A stretch of 64,000 nucleotides of DNA from a bacterium (lineage in GTDB: Bacteria > Patescibacteriota > Patescibacteriia > SBBB01): the NCBI GenBank assembly GCA_005239895.1, contig SBBB01000027.1:376-64375 (forward strand), in the 5' to 3' direction. The notes beneath the pieces are model-generated. The model was given only the letters and a program-made list of their open reading frames with translations, ran no database searches and had not been told where the DNA came from. Shown here one piece after another: positions 9,127-19,486 of this stretch (position 1 is the stretch's first letter; the number at the start of each line of letters is the position of its first letter). The position numbers and the translations under genes were made by a program.

Positions 9127-10962
9127 ATGTTTAAAAAATTGACTAAAGAAGCCATATTTTATATTTTTATTTTTATAGCTGTAGCTATTATATTTAGTCA
9201 GTTGAGTGCTAAAAATAGACCTGAAACTAAGGTGAGTATTATTGAATTGTTAAATGAATTGAGTGATCAAAACTTAAAAAATAAAGTTGAAAAAATTGTT
9301 ATTGACGAGGATAAAGTTATTTTAGTTCCACTTGATTCTACTAGTCCTTTAAAGATTGCTGAAAAAGAGAGTCTAGACTCTTTTTCAGCTATGTTAAAAA
9401 ATTATAATTTTGATTCTAAATATTTAAAACAGATTAAGGTTGAAGTTAAACGTCCTTCTAGTTTTAGTTTTTGGATGATGAACCTTCTGCCAATTTTAAT
9501 ACCCATTTTATTGATTGGGGCCTTGATTTATATTACGATGAGGCAGGTTCAAGGTGTTAATAGTAAAGCCTTGATGTTTGGACAAAGCGGGGCTAAAGAA
9601 TTTTCTCAGGATAGTAAAAAGAAGAAAACAACTTTTCATGATGTAGCTGGATCCAAAGAAGCTAAAGACGAATTATTAGAAATTGTGGAATTTTTAAAAA
9701 TTCCACAAAAATTTATAGATTTAGGCGCGCGCACACCCAAGGGAGTATTACTAATAGGAGCGCCTGGAACAGGCAAGACCTTGCTAGCCAGAGCTGTGGC
9801 TGGAGAAGCCGGGGTTCCATTTTTTCATATATCTGGTTCGGAGTTTGTAGAAATGTTTGTGGGGGTTGGGGCGAGTAGGGTTAGAGATTTATTTCGCACT
9901 GCCAAGAAAAACTCTCCCTGTATTTTATTTATTGATGAAATTGACGCGGTGGGCAGACAAAGGGGTTCAGGTTTAGGTGGTTCGCATGATGAAAGAGAGC
10001 AAACCCTGAATCAAATTTTAGTGGAAATGGACGGTTTTGATATTAATACCAATATTATTATTATGGCCGCCACTAATCGTCCGGATGTTTTAGATCCAGC
10101 GTTGCTTAGACCAGGTCGTTTTGATCGTAGAGTTACTTTAGAGTTGCCAGATATACGAGAGCGTGAAGAGATTTTAAAAATTCATGCTATTGGTAAGCCT
10201 ATGGATGTGGGTGTAGTTTTAAAGAAAATAGCTGAAAGAACACCCGGATTTTCAGGCGCGGACTTGCATAATGTTTTAAATGAAGCTGCTATTTTAGCCG
10301 CTAGAGCAGATTTGAAACAGATTAACACCGCGCATATTTTACATAGTATAGAAAAAGTTATGTTAGGGGTAGAGCGAAAAAGTCATCTTATTTCCGATGC
10401 GGAAAAAAGAATTACAGCTTACCACGAAGCTGGGCATGCTTTAGTGGCTCATGAATTACCAAACACTGATCCGGTTCGAAAAATTTCTATTATTTCGCGC
10501 GGACGCATTGGTGGTTTTACTTTAAAACTTCCCACGGAAGATAGGCATTATCATAAACGTTCGGAATTATTAAATAATTTAACTGTGTTGTTAGGAGGTT
10601 ATGTGGTTGAAAAAGAAATATTAGGTGAGCTTACGACCGGACCTTGCAATGATTTGAAAGAAGCTACTAAATTAGCCAGGCAAATCGTAACTACTTATGG
10701 TATGTCAGACCAATTAGGCCCCCAAACCTTTAACAATCATTCGGAGTATATATTTTTAGCTCGTGAAATTTCTGAAACCAGAGAGTATAGTGAAAAAGTA
10801 GCTGAAGCTATTGATAAAGAAATTGCCAAGTTTATTAATAATGCTCAAAAAGTAGCTAAAACTATTATTTTGAAACAAAAAAAATATTTAGATAAAATTG
10901 TTGAAGTGTTATTAGAGAAAGAGACCATAGAGCAAGATGAGTTTAACGCGATATTTGTTTAA
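9127..10962 (+). CDS. ftsH: ATP-dependent zinc metalloprotease FtsH
   Basis: TM helices, AAA Walker [18 protein letters not shown] zinc motif. Confidence 0.95.
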   Translation: MFKKLTKEAIFYIFIFIAVAIIFSQLSAKNRPETKVSIIELLNELSDQNLKNKVEKIVIDEDKVILVPLDSTSPLKIAEKESLDSFSAMLKNYNFDSKYLKQIKVEVKRPSSFSFWMMNLLPILIPILLIGALIYITMRQVQGVNSKALMFGQSGAKEFSQDSKKKKTTFHDVAGSKEAKDELLEIVEFLKIPQKFIDLGARTPKGVLLIGAPGTGKTLLARAVAGEAGVPFFHISGSEFVEMFVGVGASRVRDLFRTAKKNSPCILFIDEIDAVGRQRGSGLGGSHDEREQTLNQILVEMDGFDINTNIIIMAATNRPDVLDPALLRPGRFDRRVTLELPDIREREEILKIHAIGKPMDVGVVLKKIAERTPGFSGADLHNVLNEAAILAARADLKQINTAHILHSIEKVMLGVERKSHLISDAEKRITAYHEAGHALVAHELPNTDPVRKISIISRGRIGGFTLKLPTEDRHYHKRSELLNNLTVLLGGYVVEKEILGELTTGPCNDLKEATKLARQIVTTYGMSDQLGPQTFNNHSEYIFLAREISETREYSEKVAEAIDKEIAKFINNAQKVAKTIILKQKKYLDKIVEVLLEKETIEQDEFNAIFV

Positions 10963-11007
10963 TAATAGTTAAGCATTATTTGCTTAATAATAGTTAAACA
11001 TTATTTG
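10959..11007. repeat. about 2.5 tandem copies of a 25-bp unit (TTATTTGYTTAATAATAGTTAARCA) overlapping the ftsH stop
   Basis: Direct tandem repeat visible in the sequence. Confidence 0.6.
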
Positions 11008-11066
11008 TTTGGTTAAATTTAAATAAAAGTGTTTGTTTTTAAATTTATAATAAAGCCCCTAAAATT

Positions 11067-11720
11067 ATGAAAAGGGTTTATTTTGTGAGGCACGGTTTAA
11101 GCAGTGGCAATGCGGATGATGTATGGCACTCCTTATATGATCCTGATCCCTTGGTAGATCAAGGCAAAGATCAGTCTTTGTTATTAGCTGAGCGCTGCGT
11201 TAAGTTGCCCATTGATGTTATTATTTCTAGCACCATAGAAAGAGCCAAAACTACAGCTGATATTGTCAGTGGTGTAATTAAAAAACCAGTTGAATTATCA
11301 GATTTATTTATTGAGCGTCGTCGACCAAGCAATCAAATAGGTTTTTTGAAGGATTCTCCGGAGTCTAGATTTATTGGCACAACTATTTTAGAAAATTTTC
11401 ATATTGAAAACTATAGATTTTCCGATGAAGAAAATTTTGAAGATTTAAAAACTAGGGCTCATCAAGCCTTGTTGTTTTTGGAAAAGCGTCCCGAAGCAGA
11501 TATTTTAGTAATTACGCACGATTTTTTTCTTAGAATAATATTAGCTTATGTTACTTTTGGGGACTCATTGAACGGAGATGAGTGCAGACAATTTATAAAA
11601 GTTTTTTGCATGAAAAATACTGGCCTGACAATCATGGTTTTTGACGATATTCAAAAACCAGTGGCTACAAGCGCTTGGCGGGTTTATACCTGGAATGATT
11701 TTTCGCATTTACAAATATGA
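11067..11720 (+). CDS. histidine phosphatase family protein (phosphoglycerate-mutase-like)
   Basis: VYFVRHGLSSGN RHG motif. TGA stop overlaps the next gene's ATG. Confidence 0.6.
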   Translation: MKRVYFVRHGLSSGNADDVWHSLYDPDPLVDQGKDQSLLLAERCVKLPIDVIISSTIERAKTTADIVSGVIKKPVELSDLFIERRRPSNQIGFLKDSPESRFIGTTILENFHIENYRFSDEENFEDLKTRAHQALLFLEKRPEADILVITHDFFLRIILAYVTFGDSLNGDECRQFIKVFCMKNTGLTIMVFDDIQKPVATSAWRVYTWNDFSHLQI

Positions 11721-12736
11721 TTAAGTATCAAAATATAGTAGTGACAGGTGGAGCTGGTTTTATTGGGAGTCATTTTGTCAAATATATGTTGGCAAAATAT
11801 CCTCACACAAAAATTATTAATGTTGACTTGTTAACTTATTGTGGGAATTTAGAAAACATTAAAGATGAATTAAATCATTCCCGTCACATATTTTATAAAG
11901 CTGATATTGGTGATTTCAATGCTATACTTAAAATTTTACAGAAACATAAGGTTGATTGTATTGTGAACCTTGCAGCTGAATCCGATAATAACAAGGCTGT
12001 TAGTACACCTATAGATTTTGTTAAAACCAATGCTTTAGGAACCAATGTTTTATTAGAAGCAGCCCGACAATACGGTAAGTTAAAAAGATTTCATCATATT
12101 TCTACCTGCGAAGTTTTCGGACATTTATTATTAGGCAGCAAGAGTAAATTTTCAGAACAATCTAGTTATAAACCTCGTACACCGTATAATGCGAGTAAGG
12201 CTTCCGGAGATTTAATTGCCAAAAGTTATTATCACACTTTTAATCTACCACTTACGATAAGTTATGCTTGTAATAATTATGGCACGCATCAATTCCCTGA
12301 AAAAATAATTCCGGTTTTTGCCATTAAAGCTTTGCGCCATGAATCTTTGCCAATTTTTAAGTCTTTTAGCAATCAAAGAGAGTGGATACATGTTTCAGAT
12401 CATTGCAGCGCGATTGATACTATTTTACATAATGGAGTAGTTGGGGAGTCTTACAATATTGGCACTGGATTAGAAAAAACAATTATGGAAATCGCGGATC
12501 ATGTTTTATATACTCTTAAGAAACCCAAGCATTTAAAAAAAATCGTCCCGGATCGTTTAAGTCATGATACTCGCTATCTCTTAAACGCGAATAAAATTAG
12601 AAAATTAGGGTGGAAACCAAAAGTAGAATGGTCGCACGGACTGGCTCACACCTTAGAGTGGTATAAAAATAATGAAAAGTGGTGGGGCCCTTTACTCAGT
12701 AAATCCCATGCTTTAAAGACTAAAAGTAGAAAGTAA
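11717..12736 (+). CDS. rfbB: dTDP-glucose 4,6-dehydratase
   Basis: VTGGAGFIGSHF Rossmann motif, YNASKASGD catalytic YxxxK. 339 aa. Confidence 0.8.
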   Translation: MIKYQNIVVTGGAGFIGSHFVKYMLAKYPHTKIINVDLLTYCGNLENIKDELNHSRHIFYKADIGDFNAILKILQKHKVDCIVNLAAESDNNKAVSTPIDFVKTNALGTNVLLEAARQYGKLKRFHHISTCEVFGHLLLGSKSKFSEQSSYKPRTPYNASKASGDLIAKSYYHTFNLPLTISYACNNYGTHQFPEKIIPVFAIKALRHESLPIFKSFSNQREWIHVSDHCSAIDTILHNGVVGESYNIGTGLEKTIMEIADHVLYTLKKPKHLKKIVPDRLSHDTRYLLNANKIRKLGWKPKVEWSHGLAHTLEWYKNNEKWWGPLLSKSHALKTKSRK

Positions 12737-12751
12737 AAAGTAGAAAGTAAT

Positions 12752-13618
12752 ATGCGTAATTTAAAAATTTATATTTTTGGAGCGGCTGGATTTTTAGGAT
12801 CAAAATGCGCTGAGTATTTTCGGTCTTTAGGATATACTGTACTTGATCAAAGAGTTGATATTACAGATCGCAATGCTTTAAGAGTAGCTTTCAATTCAAG
12901 CCGTCCGGATGTGGCGATTAATTTAACCGGACCTCCTGTTTATCCAACTATTGATTGGTGCGAAGATAATCAAGCTCAAAGCGTTGATATGTTAGTATTA
13001 GCACCCATTGCTTTTACACTTACAGCCTTGGAATTCGGAATTTATCCCATTCAAATTACTTCGGGTTGCGTATATACTGGAGGACCAGAACATGAATTTA
13101 CTGAAGAAGACGCTCCTAATTTTTTTGGCAGTTTGTATTCGCGTTTAAGAATAGCCGGACAAATAGCTTTAGCAGATTTGCCTGTGCTGCAAGCTAGAAT
13201 TAGAATGCCTTGTTCAGTTACTTCTCATCCTCGTAATTTTTTTGATAAAATTATTTCTTATAAAAAATTAATTTCCATTCCTAATTCTTTAACTTTAGTT
13301 GAAGACTTGTGGCCAGCGTTAGATAAGTTAATTGCTTTACGACCAACGGGCATACTTAATCTTACTAACGAAGGCTATGTTGAACACTATCAAATTTTAG
13401 AAGCCTACAAAAAATATATTAATCCTGATCATACTTATGAACCTATTAGTTTAGAACAATTGCAAGGCCCAGGTGGTATTACTAAAGCTAAAAGGAGTAA
13501 TTGCGTGCTATCAGTTAAAAAAGCTCAAAATATGGGTATTAATATGCCTGCTATAAACAATGAACGTTTAAAAGAAATAATGGAGAAATATAAGCTTAGT
13601 TTAAAGAATTTTAGTTAA
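12752..13618 (+). CDS. rfbD: dTDP-4-dehydrorhamnose reductase-like (RmlD family)
   Basis: IFGAAGFLGS ... VDITDRNALRVAFNSSRPDVAINLTG pattern typical of RmlD. Adjacent to rfbB. Confidence 0.6.
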   Translation: MRNLKIYIFGAAGFLGSKCAEYFRSLGYTVLDQRVDITDRNALRVAFNSSRPDVAINLTGPPVYPTIDWCEDNQAQSVDMLVLAPIAFTLTALEFGIYPIQITSGCVYTGGPEHEFTEEDAPNFFGSLYSRLRIAGQIALADLPVLQARIRMPCSVTSHPRNFFDKIISYKKLISIPNSLTLVEDLWPALDKLIALRPTGILNLTNEGYVEHYQILEAYKKYINPDHTYEPISLEQLQGPGGITKAKRSNCVLSVKKAQNMGINMPAINNERLKEIMEKYKLSLKNFS

Positions 13619-14221
13619 AGGGCAATTTTGGTGATCATGAGATCGCGCTGGGCAATATTTTCTTCCATAATCAATTAGCCTATAAGTTAATTCAAACCAT
13701 TCTTTTTTAGGCAGTAAAAGCATCAAGTCTTTTTCTATTTTATTAGGATCAGTGTTTTTAGTTAAACCCAATATTTTGGAGAGTCTGGTAACATGGGCGT
13801 CAACTGCAATTCCTTCCACGATTTGATAAGCATTGCCCAAAACCACATTAGCTGTTTTGCGAGCTACGCCTGGTAGGGTTATGATATTTTCCATAGTATT
13901 TGGAATTTTACCTTTAAATTTTTCCTGGACTATTTTAGCGGAGTTTAATATATTTTTAGCTTTATTTTTATAAAAACCAGTTGGTTTTATATCTTGTTCA
14001 AATTCTTTTGGGCTGGCATTTAGGTAATCATTAAATTTGGGATATTTTTTAAAGAGTTTAGCAGTAACTTCATTAACTTTTTTATCTGTGCATTGACTAG
14101 AAAGTATAACCGCGACTAAAAGTTCCCAGTGATTAGAATATTTTAAAGCCATTTTAGCTTCGGGAAATAGTTTTTTTAGTTCTTTGACGATTTTTAAAGC
14201 TTTTAGTTTTTTTTGGTTCAT
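13601..14221 (-). CDS. nth: endonuclease III
   Basis: HhH-GPD (LPGVARKTANVVL) and C-terminal 4Fe-4S Cys cluster (CPARSHDHQNCPL). Confidence 0.85.
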   Translation of the reverse strand: MNQKKLKALKIVKELKKLFPEAKMALKYSNHWELLVAVILSSQCTDKKVNEVTAKLFKKYPKFNDYLNASPKEFEQDIKPTGFYKNKAKNILNSAKIVQEKFKGKIPNTMENIITLPGVARKTANVVLGNAYQIVEGIAVDAHVTRLSKILGLTKNTDPNKIEKDLMLLLPKKEWFELTYRLIDYGRKYCPARSHDHQNCPLTKIL

Positions 14222-14373
14222 ATTAACTAGCGTATTATATTCAGCAGAAATAGTAAATATTAATTTTTTTTTAAAGCTTGTGTTTTTTAGAAAAATGCTT
14301 TAATTTTTAAGGGTACTTTCAGTGTATTTCAGGGTCTATAGTAAAGTGGCATTACATATATTCGCTCCATTAT

Positions 14374-14445
14374 GGGCTGTTAGTTCAGTTAGCAGAACAC
14401 TCGATTCGCATTCGAGAGGTCACCGGTGCAATTCCGGTACAGTCC
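14374..14445 (+). tRNA. tRNA-Ala (anticodon CGC)
   Basis: Cloverleaf with acceptor GGGCTGT / ACAGTCC, G3:U70 Ala identity pair, U8A9. Anticodon loop TTCGCAT. Unusual elbow: A18 and G55, T-loop TGCAATT. CCA not encoded. Confidence 0.7.
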
Positions 14446-14632
14446 ACTAAAATTTTTCACTGCGTTCAAAATTTTAAGTAGTTCGTAGTTTGTAATTAGG
14501 GAAATGGTAAATTATTTGATTATCACATTTCATTACGATCGTGACTAGGTGTGATGTCAATTTTATAATAATTTTATGCGTCTACAACACTCTGCGATAG
14601 CAGAGCAGTGTAGACATAGAAAATTAAGAAAG

Positions 14633-15226
14633 TTATTTGTTGTATATTTTCCTCTTTTTAATAAATTGTAAAACAAGTAATAAAACAGTGGTATCAAAAA
14701 TAAAAAGATATAATGGATACGCGACATCTGTAAAGACAAAACTTTTTATTGTGAGCAATGATAATAATCCAGAAATACTTGCTGTTAGCCATACAAAATA
14801 AGTTTCACTTAGTGGGTCTTTATATGTTTTAATAATTGTTGGAAATCCAAAACAGAAATCTGCAACGATGGCGCAAATCAAGGCAAGTATAGGAAGATCT
14901 AAGGTTTGCCAAAGAACCAAACCAATAACACCAAGTATGAAGAACATGTAATCATAAATACTTACTGACCATACTCCAACTTTCTTTATTATTGAGTATA
15001 CTGCGATTAATAAACAATTTCCTGCATTGGCAAATAGAATAGCTACGGTCCACTCACTACCTTCTGCTAGCATGGCAGAAGCGCCAAGTGTGGTAATAAA
15101 TGTCCAACCAAACCAAGATAAAACATGGGGATGAGCTTTGCCTCTATGAATATCCATTATATAGGGTATTCCACCAATTAGGACAACAATTGATGAGAGT
15201 ATTCCAAATATTGCTTTGATTTCCAT
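14633..15226 (-). CDS. hypothetical polytopic membrane protein
   Basis: About 6 predicted TM helices. No recognisable family. Confidence 0.4.
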   Translation of the reverse strand: MEIKAIFGILSSIVVLIGGIPYIMDIHRGKAHPHVLSWFGWTFITTLGASAMLAEGSEWTVAILFANAGNCLLIAVYSIIKKVGVWSVSIYDYMFFILGVIGLVLWQTLDLPILALICAIVADFCFGFPTIIKTYKDPLSETYFVWLTASISGLLSLLTIKSFVFTDVAYPLYLFIFDTTVLLLVLQFIKKRKIYNK

Positions 15227-15330
15227 AGTAGTACTATTTTATCGTATTTTATTTTTTTAAAAATGATGCCCAGTCAGAACGCGTTTGTTTAAATTGTTCT
15301 GACTGGGATGCGTAGGGGACATTATAACAA

Positions 15331-15702
15331 TCAACATCTTTGATTGCACAGGTTTCTGTATGTACCAAATATAGAATACATCAGACTTAGGGTGGCTATA
15401 ACTCCCGGTAAAATTATTGGCTTGTTATGCAAGTGACAACCATATGCTAGACCTATAAATACTATGGTAATAATATTAGCTAGGGTTACGTTGTAGGCGC
15501 GGTTGTTATTATTTGGCTGAAACACAAGTTCGCTTAATACTATAAATGGTATACCCCAAATTATCACATTTGTCATGTAAAACAGTTTTAGCGATACTTC
15601 ATTTGTTACATCGTATAAAAATCCAAAAATTATTACGTTTATGCCCGCAAGTATGCTAACCCTTTTTTTGATGGTTCTTGTCAACCTGATTGTAGTTTGC
15701 AT
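15331..15702 (-). CDS. hypothetical small membrane protein
   Basis: 4 TM helices. GGGAGG RBS upstream of ATG at 15702. Confidence 0.4.
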   Translation of the reverse strand: MQTTIRLTRTIKKRVSILAGINVIIFGFLYDVTNEVSLKLFYMTNVIIWGIPFIVLSELVFQPNNNNRAYNVTLANIITIVFIGLAYGCHLHNKPIILPGVIATLSLMYSIFGTYRNLCNQRC

Positions 15703-15827
15703 TTTTACCTCCCATTATGCAATCTTTAAGGTAAGGCTCTTTATGATCCTATTATCATAGATAATGCTGCACCTTAAATCATTATATAGTTTAAAATATA
15801 ACTACCCAAAGGTCAATTATTTCATTA

Positions 15828-15850
15828 ACTTAGTCGCCTTGCCACTAAGT
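15828..15850. repeat. REP-like hairpin ACTTAGTCGCCTTGCCACTAAGT
   Basis: Identical to the unit at 2458..2496. Sits 3' of the HD gene (- strand). Confidence 0.65.
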
Positions 15851-15862
15851 GATAAATTCATT

Positions 15863-16522
15863 TTAAATTTTCCCATTCCATTCTTGGAAAAATGTATTTA
15901 GATATTCTTCCATAAATTTATGTCGATTTTTTGCCAATTTTTTAGCAGTTTTAGTATTCATTCTATCTTTCAGAAGTAAAAGTTTTTCGTAAAAATGGTT
16001 TATAGTTGAACTTTTATTTTTAAAATATTCTTTTTTTGTTTTGTGAATAGAGTGTTTTATATTTGGGTCGTACATCGGCCTGTTTTTGTGCCCGCCATAA
16101 GCAAAGGTGCGAGCTATGCCGATGGCGCCTATAGCATCAAGGCGGTCGGAGTCTTGAACAATTTGACCTTCAAGAGTTTTCATCTCGGTTTTTACACCAG
16201 CGCCCTTAAAAGACATATTAAGAATAATATCGCATACATGATCAATGGTTTTAGTTGGTACAGAATATTTTTCTCAAATTTGTTGAGCCATTTTTGGTCC
16301 AACAGTATCGTCGCCATTATAAAATTTCCAGTCAGCAATGTCGTGGAGAAGTGCTGCAAGTTCTACTATAAACATATCAGCGTGTTCTTTAGTGCCTATG
16401 TGTTTGGCCATATTCCATACTCTGACAATATGCCACCAATCGTGACCAGAGCCTTCGCCTTCAAGTATAACTTTTACCTCATCTGCTACTTTTTCAATTA
16501 TTTTTTGTTGTTTGGGATTCAT
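15863..16522 (-). pseudogene. HD-domain phosphohydrolase (YpgQ-like) interrupted by an in-frame TGA at 16274..16276
   Basis: ORFs 16274..16537 and 15863..16216 are in the same frame. Translation reads ...GPKMAQQI-TGA-EKYSVPTKTIDHVCDIILNMSFKGAG.... HD signature HDWWHIVRV...LLHDIAD...DSDRLDAIGAIG spans both pieces. Confidence 0.6.
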
Positions 16523-16540
16523 GGGTTTATTTGTCAAAAT

Positions 16541-16957
16541 TTAGACCCGATAAATACCAAGAATCAAACCAAAAATTATAAACATAACTAATTTGTATCC
16601 ACCTTGAATTAAAATTATAGTCCAAGTTTTTTTAGCAGGATAATTGTTCCATATATGCGCGCCAATAATAGTTGGCATAATAAACCCTATCCAGATCGAT
16701 AAAGCAATTTTTAAACCAGAGACCTCTTTTTCATGAAATCCTATTATATAAGCTAGAATAAAAACTTGAAATAAAGTTAATAAGAAATCTATGACACAAA
16801 GCTTTAAACAACTTTTATCGTAAGCTTCCTTTTGATCTTTTGTAACCCCAATTGTTGCAAGCCATTTTTTACTAAACAGCAATCCATACCAAATATATCC
16901 CATAATAAGAGCTAAAATAGAACACCCTAACACTGCCCAATAATTGATTGTAATCAT
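16541..16957 (-). CDS. hypothetical small membrane protein (DUF1761-like?)
   Basis: 4 TM helices. Confidence 0.35.
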   Translation of the reverse strand: MITINYWAVLGCSILALIMGYIWYGLLFSKKWLATIGVTKDQKEAYDKSCLKLCVIDFLLTLFQVFILAYIIGFHEKEVSGLKIALSIWIGFIMPTIIGAHIWNNYPAKKTWTIILIQGGYKLVMFIIFGLILGIYRV

Positions 16958-17258
16958 ATATTTAATTAAATTAAATTAAGTTAAGAATCAAATGTTGATA
17001 TTGTCATATTACGCCAAAATTAAAAAAGTCAAATTTAAGGCGTATCAATATATTGCTAGTGCATTAGGTAGATGTTATAATTTTTTAATGTTTAGGAGTT
17101 CAACTCCTAAACATATGATAGGGGTGGATCATGGTTATAAAAAACACATTTATGAAAGACAGGAAGAGTTAGCAAAAACAGTAGCGAGTTGGTTGTAGAT
17201 TTTGAAAAAATATAACGATAATACCCGCGCAGTTGAATTTGCGCGGGTTATAGTATAT

Positions 17259-17870
17259 TCAGGATTGATAGATATTTATGTTATATTTTTTATTCAAGCG
17301 ACAGAATAATTCATCCAAAGTCTTTTCCATGTTGTCAACTCTATTGTTTAGAGAGTACACTTGTTCATATGTTTTAAATTGTTGTACAAAATCTTTGCCA
17401 GTGGCAATGATACATGCGGTAATCTTTACATAGAATTGAAACATAATCTCAGCATCTGTGATTGATGGAACATGAAACGCCAAATTATAACCTTCTTCAT
17501 GGTACGGTGATCCATCCATGTAAGTTAGTGCGGGTGGATCGTAGAATGATTTCCAGATTTCGTGCATAGTACCAGTATCCCATAAAGATGGAATACGAGA
17601 TGTTAAAACAGCAAAATGTTTGTTTTGATTGCGTTCGGATGTATGATAGCGAGTATAATTATATCCATCTACTCTTGTAAGTAGTTCTATTTCATAATGT
17701 GGAAATATTGGCACTTTTCCAGTGTGCTTTTCATAGTAAAGTATAGGATCCAGCCAAAGGTCTTGTTGATTTTCAGCTCGATGAAAAACGCATTCAAATG
17801 AAATGTCAAACCGATTTCCTCTTAGACATCTCGCAAAAAGTCGCATATTTGATTCAGTGTTTTTAGCCAT
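17259..17870 (-). CDS. hypothetical protein, locally elevated GC
   Basis: 203 aa, no recognisable motif. GGAGG RBS. GC visibly higher than neighbours. Confidence 0.4.
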   Translation of the reverse strand: MAKNTESNMRLFARCLRGNRFDISFECVFHRAENQQDLWLDPILYYEKHTGKVPIFPHYEIELLTRVDGYNYTRYHTSERNQNKHFAVLTSRIPSLWDTGTMHEIWKSFYDPPALTYMDGSPYHEEGYNLAFHVPSITDAEIMFQFYVKITACIIATGKDFVQQFKTYEQVYSLNNRVDNMEKTLDELFCRLNKKYNINIYQS

Positions 17871-18143
17871 CTTTTTCCTCCATTAGGGTTGAACAACTGT
17901 CAACCACAGGCTATCACTTTATATAGAAAATGTCAATGTATTAATTATACAAAAAAATTTTTACGTAAATATAATTATAAATTTTCTTACTCTAATTACT
18001 AAATACAAATTACTAAAAGTTTTGGATGAAGATGTGGATGAGGGAAAATTTTACTCTACCATATGTCATATGATGCATAGCTTCTTCATCTTCATCTTCA
18101 TCGTGATCTTAATTTTGCGCAGTCGTGGCGAAGCAAAATTTTA

Positions 18144-18225
18144 TGGGCCAGGTGGGACTCGAACCCACAAGCCGTGAGGCACAAGATTTTAAGTCTTGCG
18201 TGTATGCCAATTCCACCACTAGCCC
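18144..18225 (-). tRNA. tRNA-Leu (anticodon TAA)
   Basis: Reverse complement folds as GGGCTAG acceptor, anticodon loop CTTAAAA, long variable arm TGCCTCACGGCTT, T-arm GTGGG-TTCGAGT-CCCAC. Confidence 0.85.
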
Positions 18226-18332
18226 TTAATACAAGATTATATTACTATTTTTTTTATATATCAATAGAGTATAGATATGATTCGAACCCAGGCTTTTAAA
18301 GAGCAACCCGGGTTCATTATAAGTGTGGTTTT

Positions 18333-19313
18333 TTAAGCCACTTGGATTTGTATGTTATGATACATCAATCCTAATTCTTTTATTTGGTTGCGCAGTGATT
18401 CACGCAACGCATTTTGATGCTTGGGGTCAATATTTTCATGCATTTTAATGCGAGCCTTACAAATCATTTGTCCATTTGGTTCGGTAGCTATTTTCATCCA
18501 TAACACTTTAGCCACTTTTTTGGTGCGATTAAGTATGCCCAAAATTTCATCTATTAGATGCGAATCTGGTTTCTGATGAATGGCTGCGGTTTTCATTTCC
18601 AGCAGCCGATTAAGAGTTTGCTTTTCTTTGCGAAGAGCCACCATTTTATAGAGCAATGCGTCATTCTTATTGATCAGATCTTGCTTGGTGCGTTTTAGAT
18701 AAGTAATATCATTCCGAATTTGTTTGGCATTACTTTGAAGCTCTTCAACTTCTTCCATATAAACCAGATAATTTTGATTTAACTTCTCCCAGATTGATTT
18801 CAGAAAGTACATACCACTCCCAACACCTAAAAATATATCTGGGAATGTGCTGTTGAAATAAACAACTAGCGTTGAACTTAGAATGGCTACTAATGAGATC
18901 AAGATGCTGTACTTCAGGTCAGTCTCATGTTCTTTTATCCATTCGCGCGTTGTATACTTTGTTAATAGATACCAGGATATTATGTTCGTACCTAGTCCTA
19001 GTATTGATACTTCTATTATCCAGTTTGTGTGAGGTAATACTGGATTTCTTTGCATTTTGCCAATTCCAGCCAGAATGATATCATTGACAATAAACATTCC
19101 AACAACAGCTGTGGCAATTAACTGAAGACCGTGTATATTTTTTTGGTCTGCATGGTTGTATAAAGCATAAATACCAGGTAATCCAGTTAGCATGTATATT
19201 CCGTTGAGACATAACGCCTTGTTATCGGTGTAAGCTCCAATTGATAACAACGTTATGCTTGTCGCACCTATGAGAATCATGAGGCATAATAACGCTATTT
19301 TTTGGTTTTTCAC
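18333..19313 (-). CDS. hypothetical membrane protein with C-terminal coiled-coil region
   Basis: N-terminal about 6 TM, then Lys/Glu-rich coiled coil. GTG start with AGGAGG RBS. Confidence 0.4.
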   Translation of the reverse strand: MKNQKIALLCLMILIGATSITLLSIGAYTDNKALCLNGIYMLTGLPGIYALYNHADQKNIHGLQLIATAVVGMFIVNDIILAGIGKMQRNPVLPHTNWIIEVSILGLGTNIISWYLLTKYTTREWIKEHETDLKYSILISLVAILSSTLVVYFNSTFPDIFLGVGSGMYFLKSIWEKLNQNYLVYMEEVEELQSNAKQIRNDITYLKRTKQDLINKNDALLYKMVALRKEKQTLNRLLEMKTAAIHQKPDSHLIDEILGILNRTKKVAKVLWMKIATEPNGQMICKARIKMHENIDPKHQNALRESLRNQIKELGLMYHNIQIQVA

Positions 19314-19486
19314 CTTTTGTTCCTCCTGTTAGTTAAATGTTGATTTTCTTGCTGTACATACTAATATACACTAATTTTAATAGCCTGTCAATGATTTGTA
19401 CTGTACACACCATGATATTTACTCTTTAAGGATTAATAGTGTAATATAGTGTAATGTGTGTGAATGAATAAGTTTTAAACTTTTTT

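Noticed and set aside
16043-16591. 182-aa ORF on + strand
   Set aside because: Entirely antisense to the HD-domain gene; low-complexity, no motifs; spurious.
18270-18320. tRNA-like TTCGAACCC motif
   Set aside because: Only a T-arm-like hairpin (GAACCCAGG...CCCGGGTTC); no acceptor/D/anticodon arms in either orientation. More likely a terminator hairpin 3' of the 18333..19313 gene.
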